Shown: piece by piece, positions 13,501 through 24,700 of the stretch
Layout of the letters: each line of letters begins with the position of its first letter
How positions within the stretch are numbered: the first letter of the stretch is position 1
NCBI GenBank assembly: GCA_051294905.1
Contig: CM119373.1
Location: 5,952,001-6,016,000, forward strand
Direction: 5' to 3'
Length of the DNA stretch: 64,000 bases
Source: Botryllus schlosseri
Lineage: Eukaryota
Notes under the pieces: model-generated
Databases searched by the model: none
What the model was told of the DNA's origin: nothing
The model's input: only the letters and a program-made list of their open reading frames with translations
Made by a program: the position numbers and the translations under genes

Positions 13501-14801
13501 TAGAAATAAGGCAATGCAGCGTAAAGTAGGCATTTAATTCATTTCTACACAATACACTTCAATAAAATATCCTCACAGTGCATTTATTACAAACCATATG
13601 TATACAAGTTTAAGAACACTTACGTCTTTACCAAAAAGGCGACCCATGTGACCAAGTTGGAACAGAGTCGGCGGGTCGTGAGGTACATTGAGGTCTTTCA
13701 GAAACTGCCATTTCCGATGAACATAGTACCTGGACATGAAATACAGGCTTTCAGAATAATGGCGAATGTGATCTACGTGTTGGGAAAGGATCTTCTCGTA
13801 ATATGGCTATGATTTTCATGACCCTGGTAATCTGACTTACAGTATGGCATAATCCAAGGGTGGGCAATTATTTTTCCTCGCCAGACAAATGTGAAGCGAA
13901 AAATACGTTGGCGGCCCGAGACAAAGCTTGAACTATAATCTGCGGCATACAGTTTTATTTCTAAATTGAAAGCAGTGAATTATATCGTTAACACGTGCGG
14001 CAAAATGGACCTGTTAATATTAAGCTACGTCCCGAGCTATGTGTGACTTGGCCAAATAGCTTTTTCGCTTAATTCCGAAAATATATTCCGACTATTTCGT
14101 CCATGCAGTTGATACGACAATTCATCATACAAGGGATGTCAATATGTCCTAAAGCTACACTGAACTTTACAAATGTCAAAGTTTAAATGTAATTATTTTC
14201 TTAAATATGTTGCCTAGAATAGGGAGTGGTAAAACATAACCGCTTGAGTCTGTAGTACAAGCAGGTAAACATAATTTAGTACTCGAAAAAAGTCGAAGCA
14301 CTTCTTTTCTGGTTATATCAGTATCATATGCATGTAACATGTAACCGCACTTCCTTATAAGGCGGGTCATATTACTCGCACAAGTCGACGGCAATTAAAT
14401 AAACAGCAATCATGAAAACAACAGCATCCTGATAACGTGATTCAGGTATGACAATTCATTACACATCCTAATGATATTGATCGAAAGTGATTTCCATAAT
14501 AATCAATCAGATAACTCACTGAATTTACATTACTATTCATGTACTGTTCAGTAACATAGTAGAGCGTAATCTAATCTAGTGAAATGCTATTAGAACAGGG
14601 GTCGGCAGCCCCGGGCGCGCGTGCAAATTGTGGCACGCGAGAGAGAGTACCTAATCTGAACGCCAATCCGACCTAAATATACACAACAACACAACACAGT
14701 CTAATGCAAAATACGGTAATAAGTTCTTACCATATTAGAGCAATAAAGCTAATCATCAGAATCCAGGACTCCGGAGCTATCATATTTATGAACGCCCACA
14801 G
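7534..14801 (-). CDS. Cytochrome P450, clan 3 / CYP3A-like, copy B (13 exons; 514 aa from CTG 14801 or 508 aa from ATG 14783)
   Basis: Exons 14801-14731, 13729-13624, 13476-13427, 13131-13035, 11819-11605, 11196-11042, 10434-10304, 9704-9623, 8909-8749, 8670-8582, 8518-8381, 8311-8155, 7626-7534 (TAA); total 1545 nt, in frame. Motifs: WKRIR, RVDLMQLML, I-helix AGFENT, K-helix ETLR, PER, heme PFGGGPRNCIA. Confidence 0.93.
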
Positions 14802-17151
14802 CTTCCTATGTACTGCGATTAGGGGTGAAATTGTAAAAAAAACGAATTGATTTATTGTAGCACCGATGGACACAGAGCCGGCGGCCGAAGTGCGTATGAT
14901 AACGAATGGTGACAACGCGACAGACGGCTGTCAGAACATCAACTTTCGTAACAACGACATGCCGCATTTTTTAATCTGTTGCCAGAGATGGGCCTATTGC
15001 AGATTTTAGGAATCCAAATCCGTCCTGATCCGGCAGTAAAATAGTATATTCCATGGTTCGACACATGTGAACCACAAATCCTACTATTCCTTTAGTGCTA
15101 TTTCGTCTAAATATAACCTGAAAGACAGATATGAATATAAATCAACAAATTCATCTTGAAAATGTCTCACGGCGTTCATTTCTACTACATTTCAAATCAA
15201 TTTCGTAAAGCGTATTGAACCGAACTGCATATAGTAGCTAAGCAGTGTCAAATGAGCTAATATAACTGTCATAATAGCGAAAACCATGTTGGTTGCTTCG
15301 CGAAGATAAGTAACTCAGGCAAAACTGGAACAATATTAGAAGTTACTACTGTACAAACACAAGTAAGCCAAGCATAATCCTATTGAAGAACACAAGCAAA
15401 TTTACACGAATGGCAGTCACAGGCTCACAGCATAGCAACTTGTATCTTAATTGTAGACGAATATAGCGATGTTGACACATCCATTTAAGAGCGCGTGTAC
15501 CGCCATGACTCGACAAATATCGCATAAACATAACCTGTGCAAGAAATATCGTGATACGCGATTGTTTCAACGCCGCAGGCCCGAATTTAAATTTTTCGAG
15601 CGAGGGTGGCAAGACGATTGACTGATGGTTGTCCTCACGCGAATGCGCAGCCGCCGCTCCGTTAGTGTCGGGTTGTAACACTGCATTTATTGCGTTTATT
15701 GAGCGTTGGGAAATGATCGTAAAGCACAACGCTTCTAACTATATCTCTTCGCTAGCCACGGCGCTTCGACATGGTGGCCGATATTCACATTGTTCAGTTC
15801 AGCTTAATGGTAGTTCCGTCAGATCTGACACCTCAAGAACTGCGATGCAACGATCATGTAGGAAGGAAACGAACTGGCTTGAAGAAATCATTTAATACAA
15901 CTCCAACCCTGGCCTGCAAATGTATTTAATACATGTAGTGCAACCTATAGGATTCTCTCTCGACTCACAGCAAGCGTTAATATCAAAGCAGATCGCGAAC
16001 AGCGTGATTAAGTATCTTTAATCCACCATGAACTGCTTTCTACTCTGTGGCAGCACCTGGCATAATGTTCCCTGCCAAGCCAGTATATTCATGGAACAAA
16101 TAGCGAATCCACAACTGATTTTGCACAAGCATATCATAAACACAATGTCTTTAGGCATCAACTGGCTACTAGTACTACGTCCGCGCCTTTCAACGATAGC
16201 CTACGAATAAAGTTAAACAGAGAACGTCTTTAAAGCGACAGTACAGACGTCGTCGCATTATGAACCAAAGTAGCGACAGCGATGATTTTGATTCGGTATC
16301 GTAATTTAGGTGACAAGCGACGGCACCAACACTCATAACTCACCGACCGCAGTATCTTGATAGGTTTCACGCATTAGCTGTTTCAACCTCGTCTATTGGA
16401 TGTTTCTCACAATGTACTAAAGGACCTGAGCTGCTTTATTTAACTATGTCGTCGATTCCCAGGGCAAGTTAATGCACAAATACAATGTATTTAATATAAA
16501 TAGGATTGCAGTAACAACGCCTTATCAAATATCCACACGACAGCAATAAACCAGAAGGCATCAAGACGACAGTGAACGATACAGCACTACTATGAGAATA
16601 ACGACTAGTCGTTGCACAGCGATTTCTTCATGTTATGACTTATTGCGTCATTTCCGTGCTTCTGCAAATGCTACGAGCCAACCTATACAGCCAGCAATGA
16701 TCAATGATCACAGCTTTTGCACCGAATGCCGAAGCTGCGTCAGTCTACCTCAAACAGCGGTAAATTCCGCGAGCATGTACGACATGAATTTCATATCTAA
16801 ACGAATCGGAAAATATCCTGCCGGCGTTCGACGAATTAGCGAATACATTTTGTGTACTCAGTATAGCGGTAAGTCTTATATTGACGTAATTCTACCGTAC
16901 ATCAATTGCCATACGATGTCTTGGAATTGTCAACTCTCAAGAAATGAACGCCCGATTAGATTTTCGTGATATCTCGTTTATGTTTGCCTTGATAATTATA
17001 GATAAGACGTGTTACGCGATTAAAACTCTTGTATTTGCGTAAAATATTCCTGGGTTTTGCTAAAAGAATATATGGAACAGGAAGGGACGTTATGTATTTT
17101 TGTCCTTGCTTTTTTCGCAGCATATATACCATCTCATGATAGACATACACC

Positions 17152-19309
17152 TAGGGTTGCATTTAAAACAACATTCAATTGAAAACAAAAATGTTTAAAA
17201 CATGGCCCTTGTTTAAAACATGTTTTTTATTGTACCTTTTTCGTTTTTTTCAAGCCATTTCGTGAAAAACGTTGAAGTGTGACGTCATAGTGGACTGACA
17301 TTGACAATTGAAAATATTGGGTAAATATAGCTCCGTTGACGAAATCTGTTTCCAATCCCTGTCATGTACGGACCAAAAATATGTTAGGTCTACATCGTCA
17401 TGTAGCATTTTGACGGTCTGCGGTCATCATCATCGGAACATTCATTCTGTACCAATGATCGATATTCACGTACTGTAGCTTAGAGAGTAGCGTGGATTAG
17501 GATTAGGATTTGGGAAAACTGGATTTGTAAAATTTTGGCGGATTTGGATTGGATTTGGATATGAGTTATTTTTATGAATGGATTTGGATTGGATTAGGAC
17601 ATGGAAATTTAATCTCTGTGGTTAAACCGACTATTTCACGGATTCCAGCCATCCCATATCATATACGGCGGCTATATCGGGTGGTTATCATCCGTAGGCT
17701 CATACAACATGTCCTTTTGGAAAGTATTCACACAATTCTGGCATAATTATTCAACTTGACAAAAAAACACATTTTAAACAAAAGGCTTTTGTTTATTGTT
17801 GTGGTTGTTTAAAACATGTTTAACCTTAGAATGCATAACAGGGGTCAAAATGACCCAGACAGTGTTATTCATTGTAACTGCTAAACACATATTGCGAATT
17901 GAATCCTGAAATTTCTTGACTTTGTTCGTCTTTTATACTTATACATGATGAGAAAAAATTTGTTCTGAAAAATTTTACATTTGACAAGAAAAATGCTTAT
18001 TTCATTGAGTACCCCGAGAATGCATAACAGGGGTCATTTTGACCCGCAGCAAATTGAAATAGAAAAGGACCCGAAAATGAGGCCTGAGATCATCAGATTT
18101 TATGAACAGACAAAGATTTGTGTTTACTTGATTGACCAAATGGTTCAAACATATACTTGCAAACGAAAATCCTGTCGATGGCCTGTAGTTCTCTTTTACA
18201 ATCTGCTCAACATCGCAGCTCTAAATGCTTTTACCATATTCAGACAAGTATGACCTGATTATATGAATGGACAAGGTTCAAAGCAATGAGTTTTGATCGA
18301 TATCTTGCTGCCTCATTTTGCTCCACATCATGACAAGATAGACAATGCAACACCACAGAGCCACAGGAGAGGCTAGATGAGATGTGGCATAGCTTTTCGA
18401 AGTCTATCCACGCAATCAACAAACACGTTGCAGAATAGGAAGTGGTGTTCCTTACTAGGGATGGTGTGATTTGTGGTGAGGTTCACGTTCGCGTTCTGTG
18501 TTTGAACCCCCGAAATTTAGAGGTTCACGTCCACAAACGAACCTTGATAAGTTCTGCACTGTGAACCTTTTTGATAGGTTTTGCAATGTGAACCTTTTTG
18601 ATTGATTACAATTTTCACTTCCTTCTTTGTATGAAATTTATTGCATTTCATCTGCGGGCCACTCTATGCAGGGCGTTGTCGCAGCTTAAAAACAAATCAA
18701 CACCAAATGCGCATGTACCGTGAAAATCTCAAATACTTTTACTTGCTTTGTTACAAAAGTTTGCTCGAAATATCCTACTTGCCGTTTGTGAATATGTAGT
18801 GATTCTCTGCTAGGAGCTTGACTTGCAATCATAAAACATCAAGATCCAAATACGCTACATATAGGTAGCCACTCCTTATGTCCAGGCGCAAGGGATAAGA
18901 AAGTTGCGAAATGTTGCTCCAGATGTTGCAGGCCGATGTGCCAAGAATACAGCGTGGCCATGATCATAGGCAACAAATGCAATGAATGAATCAGGGTGTT
19001 CTTTGTAGTGTGAACTGTTCTGGACTTTTATTTCATTTTATCACGACTTCTTTACACTGTTTTTCGTCGGTTTTCACATTAAAATACAGCAGAAACTCTA
19101 GACATGTCATCATTACGCCACTGAAAGATCTGAGGAACGAACAAAAAGAAAAATTTTCAATGTCTTTGTAATGCAATTGCACGTAATAGCAATACGGGTC
19201 AAAATGACCCCTGTTATGCAGTAGCGTAAGTTTTTTCGTGTATGCATTCTAGGGTTAAACATGTTTAAGCAACGTGTTTTAAATAACCATTTGTTTTAAT
19301 GCAACCCTA
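17152..19309. mobile_element. hAT MITE (TIR TAGGGTTGCATTTAAAAC) hosting nested insertions
   Basis: TAGGGTTGCATTTAAAAC at 17152 and GTTTTAATGCAACCCTA ending at 19309. The interior 17290-17480 is the reverse complement of the uninterrupted copy at 31583-32088. Confidence 0.8.
17824..19254 (+). mobile_element. Internally deleted piggyBac element
   Basis: TTAA TSDs (17820-23, 19255-58); TIR CCTTAGAATGCATA / TATGCATTCTAGGG; subterminal GGGTCAAAATGACCC repeats. Transposase remnant RPEIIRFYEQTK...DQMVQTYTCKRKSCRWPVVLFYNLLNIAALNAF (17981-18253). Cys-rich C-terminus CPGARDKKVAKCCSRCCRPMCQEY...C* (18879-18989). Confidence 0.9.
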
Positions 19310-19384
19310 TACATACACCCGATCTGTGCATATGAATACTACGAGTGTGTGCATGTGCATATGCTGCTGGACAAGGAAGGTGAA

Positions 19385-19567
19385 GATATAGCCTTATTCG
19401 GCTTTCTAAGTCTAGCACCACCCCTCCAAGCTATCCCGGTATTGCTGAGCGCCAAGCGAGGGAGTCATGGATACCAGTTTTACGAATCAGGTTTTGATCT
19501 TACCCGGCCTGGGATTGAATCCACGACCTATCGATCAAGAAGCCGGACGCTTCACCATTACGCTACT
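19385..19567 (-). mobile_element. tRNA-derived SINE, family 1 (second copy)
   Basis: Minus strand reads TAGCGTAATGG...GGATTCAATCCC, then CTCCCTCGCTTGGCGCTCAGCAAT; aligns by eye with 6390-6546. Confidence 0.75.
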
Positions 19568-19867
19568 TTGTGAGGTCTTAACTAGTGTTCCATGAACGCT
19601 ATGCGTTCAATGAGCCAGTCTCAGGGGTTCCGTGGAAGTCAAGACACGCACTCAATTCATACATATGATTAGTGGTGATACGCCTGCCTCGACTATCATT
19701 GTTACAGGCAATGAAGCCCGACCACTTGTCAAGTTGCGACTGTTGTGGTGGGTTCAATATCGAAACCAGGACGCTCTGAAATACTAACTCCAATTCTACC
19801 TTCAATATTTATCAGGTCATTTGTGACTATGTGATAGTTATCACGCTGTTGCGTTTCAACCTAACAA

Positions 19868-20299
19868 TAGGGTTACCATATTTTGGGAATCTGAAAAGGG
19901 GACACTTTTTCAAAATTTTCAGACTTACAATACCGGAGCAAAATCCGGAAAAATTGGTAAATTTATTCCAAGTTTGTAGTTGGTTGACTAAAAAATAAAA
20001 ATAAAAAAGGTCATCTTTTCGACTCAACTCGACTCGACACGTTGTATGACATTCTCCGTTGGTTGACTATGAATTAAAAGAAGGTCTTATGTGTGGCTCA
20101 GCTTCCAAAAGACCCGCCGGACAGTTACTTGAATACTGATATCCTATATCTCAGTCCAATTGTTACATATACTAAACCAAAACTTTCCAAAAAGACGACC
20201 AATTCTCAAAAAATAGAACATTTAGGCGTCCTACCAGGACACTTTAAAAAAGTCAAAAAGAGGACAAATCCTCTTAAAAGAGGACGTATGGCAACCCTA
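19868..20299. mobile_element. hAT MITE, TAGGGTTACCA family
   Basis: TIR TAGGGTTACCAT / ATGGCAACCCTA; TSD CCTAACAA / CCTAAAAA (7/8). Confidence 0.8.
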
Positions 20300-21329
20300 C
20301 CTAAAAAGATGATGACACTTTCCAAGGTCAAGCCTCTCATTTAACGGGTGAAAATGATGTCCCGGCTCCGATTTAGCTGTGATAAGGTCCGGGTTGTCTA
20401 ACTCAGGACTTGCAAAATTCGGGGTCTCAACGAGTAAATCAATTTCACACGAATTACATTAACTATGTCCAGTCCATTGAACAGTCAATTCGAATAATTT
20501 CATTGTGAGCTTGTCAGGTATTAATATGCAATAGCGAAATGCGGTCATGGATATAGATTGTTTCAACATTACTATATTGTTGTGCTATATCCTCACTGCA
20601 CATTGCTACAGTCAGGCGACATTTAATTTCAGAATGTCGCTATCAAACGAAGGAATTTTCGCGGTCGAAGGAATTCGCAGTGCAGGTTTTAGTATGCGCT
20701 GTACAACCGACTCGGGCGACTGGATAATTGTGATGGTCTAGTTAGGCTAATTAGAGGTAAATGCCGGCAATCTGGTTTTTATTTAATTTGTGAAATGTTT
20801 CTTTGTTCTAATTCAAACCTAATTAGTGAAATGTTTATATGCTCTAATTTTGTTTCAAATCTAATTTCTGGACTTCCTGAAAATGATATTGAACTTTATC
20901 GTGCAAAACCAGACACGCAGACAGACCTTTGTCATTTTCATGCTTATGACAATGAACTCTGATTTGATATGAACTGAACTTGATTAAATTTCCAAATTTT
21001 CCCAAATTCAGTAAATCTAATTCTAATCCAACATGGAAAATGCTGTTTAGCTATATTTCTAGTACTAATCTAATTTCGAAATGTTGAAAATTTCCCAGTG
21101 TTCGAATTCTGCTGTGGAGGTATGGGCTGTAGCTATCGACATCCCAACGTGATTGCTAATAAAGGTCTTTCCTCGAAACCTTTGTGGAGCTAGACCTTAC
21201 CTTGATCGGTTCAGTGGTACAATTACATATATACCGAAATCCTTAACTTATAATCAAACGGCGAAGGCCGACACTGTCGACGAACTAATAAACATCGCAT
21301 CGCGATGTTAACACCTGTAGGATGTTAAA

Positions 21330-21738
21330 TAGGGTTACCACACGTCCTTTTTAAGAGGATTTGTCCTCTTTTTTGACTTCTTTGAATGTGTCCTCGGAGG
21401 ACGCCCTTTTGTCCTCTTTTTTGAGATTTCGTCCTCATTTTTGAGCATTTTGGTCAAATCTACGGCTAATTCCACGGATATGCCGTAAATCAGCACGGAA
21501 GTAACGCTCCGGTGGGTATTTCGGGAGCTGAGCAGGGAAGTTGACCTTTTTTTCAGTCAACCACCTGATAATGTGGAGGAAAAAACTGTATTTTGGGCGC
21601 TGAGCGAGAAAGTTGACCTTTTCTTATTAATCAACCGACTACGAAGTGGGAAAAATTTACGATTTTTGAAGGATTCTCCACCGGTTTTGCAAGTCTGAAA
21701 AATGTCCTCTTCTCAGATTTCCAAAATATGGTAACCTA
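21330..21738. mobile_element. hAT MITE, TAGGGTTACCA family (opposite orientation to the 19868 copy)
   Basis: TIR TAGGGTTACCA / TGGTAACCTA; perfect TSD ATGTTAAA. Related or partial copies at ~41836, 53960-54278 and ~58120-58218. Confidence 0.85.
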
Positions 21739-24700
21739 ATGTTAAATATTTGCGTGTGATAATTTGAGTACTAGGAGTCCAAAAGACCCTTTTGAATGAA
21801 GCTATACCAGAAGATTTGTTATCTCTACAACCTAATTATTTCAGTCGCCGCGTGGATGCGAATGGTGTTTCTCCCTTCGATCGCTTCGCCAGCCAATGGC
21901 TGACTTTGATTGTGGTCCTGCTTCAAACACGAAGATAGGATAGTATAATTGCAAGCTTAGTGCATTCTTCTCCAATTTCGCAGCCCAATATATCACTCAC
22001 ATCAATATCAATATTCCTGCATAAGAAGTAAAGGTGAACTTTTATTCAACATTCTTGGTCGAATTTTCTTTATTCCCTATTATGTAACAACGCTTATAAC
22101 TAGTAAGCTTATAAAGGTAGCCTTCAGTATACGAGAGTATTACGTATATATACGAAAATTGCGTATGTCCAACAGCTTGAGACAGTGCGTGTCCTTGAAT
22201 AACAAGGAATCGAATCGTTCAATACCGGCTACTTAACTACTTATTTGCAGTAGTGGGATTTCTTCTGACCGCACGAAGATCATAATCGACAATTGATCTA
22301 ATGCTGACACCAAACCCAAGTTCCAAAGGAGGTTTCTGGAATAAAAATAAATAACGATTTCCTAAAACGCTATAAAGTGTCCGTTACCAAATAATCGTGT
22401 ACAAGATTCAATTTGGTAACAGAAAATGCTGAATTCCTTAATGTATGCAGCATTGCACAAACAAATTTCAAGTCACATTACCGGCGTATTTTCAGTAGGT
22501 TCGAAGGTAAATTGCCGCAGAAGATGGGCCATACTCAGTTTGATCTCCATTAGAGCGAATCGCATAGCGATACAATTCCGCGGACCTCCACCGAATGGTT
22601 GATATACCATCGGGTCAATTTGGGTCATGTCACTCATCCTATAGGAAAACAGAACAGGTTAAATATTGTGACTGAATTCAAAATGCACGACCAGGTAAGA
22701 CATCTGACCTTTCTGGCTTGAAACGCTCAGGCTCATCCCAGTACTCGGGGTCGTGCGAAAGAGCGAATGTGGGTACATTGATCGACATCCCTTTCGGTAT
22801 GGTGAAACCGTTGATTGTTGTCTGGCTATCGCATACCCTAGAATTTCTGTTAAACCACAAGTTGAAAGCTATAGCAACGTAACAGCAATATATCAGCCGA
22901 TCTATATAAGCATCAATAAATTTCTTTGAAAAATTTCATGTTCAATACTTCCCCAAAAGATTCTACTTCATGTCTATATACGAAATAACTTTTAGCCCCC
23001 TTCAAGATTTATTAGAGTCTCCTCCCATGGCGATCTTAGGGTTGTTTGTGGTATTGGTGGTGCTATTAGAGACTAACTGGTCAGCCTTTATTGTGATATG
23101 GTATGGTTTCTGGCTCGTAAGCTTTTGCACTCATATGGTATGCATAGTCACAGATGGTGTGTATTTATATCATGAGTCGGTGTATATGCTGCAAACACAT
23201 CACGGACAAAAACATATAACGTCCTATTCCCATAGTTCCGGCTAATATAATACGGATAGGATCGATGCCTCTGTTACAATTTTGGTTTTGACTTACCTCA
23301 AAATGGGATTGTAGATTCTTAACGTCTCGTTTACACACATCTCGAGATATTTCATTTCGGTTATCGCTTCGTAATCAAATTGGCCCTGACGGGAAAGCGA
23401 TATATTGAATTTCTGACATTACTAGCTGCGTGTTGTTACCTTTTTCGCATAGGTTTCGTCGATTTCTTTTTGGACTTTCTCTTGAACTTCTGGGTGTTGC
23501 GCCAAGTTATAGGCTAAGAAGCTCAATGTGTTCCCGGTATTCTCGAAGCCCGCCAGTATCATGAGCATTGAGTTTCCAAGTATCTCGTTATACGGTCCAT
23601 ACCTGTTCGAAAGATTGATATGTTTACTGCGAAACTAATTACCCTGTATATATCTCTGGTTATTAGATTATTTAGACCAGGGCCCGAATCTGAATATTAG
23701 TGGCAACTGACGATCCATGTCTAACACATAAAAATGAATGCATTTTCATATCAGTATGCTACGTTTCTACAGGCATGTATGACATAGATAATGCGCCGAT
23801 ATCAGATGTACGGAATGTGCTCTATAAAACATGACTGGCACACGCGATTTCAAATTGGTGCATATGCAATATTTTTTGTGTCCGCTGCATCTGTACTGTA
23901 TTTCTACTACTGTCTACTCAGATTGAAATGACGGGACTGTTCGGAGACGAGTATTTCGACGACCAGGCATATCAAGATCGAAAGTTTTGGCCAACCGCCA
24001 ACGGACAAGGTTTTATCGCCGTCCATCTTTTTTGCAGCCCTCTTTGCTCAATGCTCAGTCATATCTCGGCAAAACCGTCATGCATTCATGTTTCCTGGCG
24101 CGGAACGGATCTGCCCCGACATACCTGTATCGCAAAGTCTCGCACCGCCTCGTTCCACACCACTACACCTCCCAACGGTCGGCAATAGAGTTTTCCAGAG
24201 AAAACAATGTCGGACAAGTCTTATCATGACATCAAATGCATTTGTGTAATACAATATAGGGCAATGCACATTTTCATGATCAAGCCATATTGTCGTTGCC
24301 ACTTTGCTGCGTGTCTTACTTAGATACAACAGTAACCAACACAGTGACTTCGGATATATGAAAAGTATCCACAGAAAAGCACGCGAAGCGCGAAGAAATT
24401 TTATGTTGCAAGAAACTCAAGAAATATTAGATACATATTTAAATATCGTATGGTGTCGGCGGGACCTACAATTATACCCTTCACGGCCCACGTTTGGGTC
24501 GCGACCACTACTCTAAGAATTCATGCTGTATAGAAAATGGCGTGGAGAGAAGATTAGACGGATATCGAAATATATTTGACGAAATCATGGCCGCCGAAAA
24601 ATGCTTGACCGGTAAATATAAAAGAAATTTCATGAGAAGCTATACTTAGTTGAGTGCAATTCATTGCTTCCGATGCAGCCCAAAACCTTTGGGTAACTGG

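Noticed and set aside
14176-14260. Peptide LPLPILGNIF in intron 1 of copy B, resembling the P450 proline-rich motif (PLPFLGNI)
   Set aside because: No flanking P450 similarity or convincing exon boundaries; the real exon 2 is at 13624-13729; probably chance.
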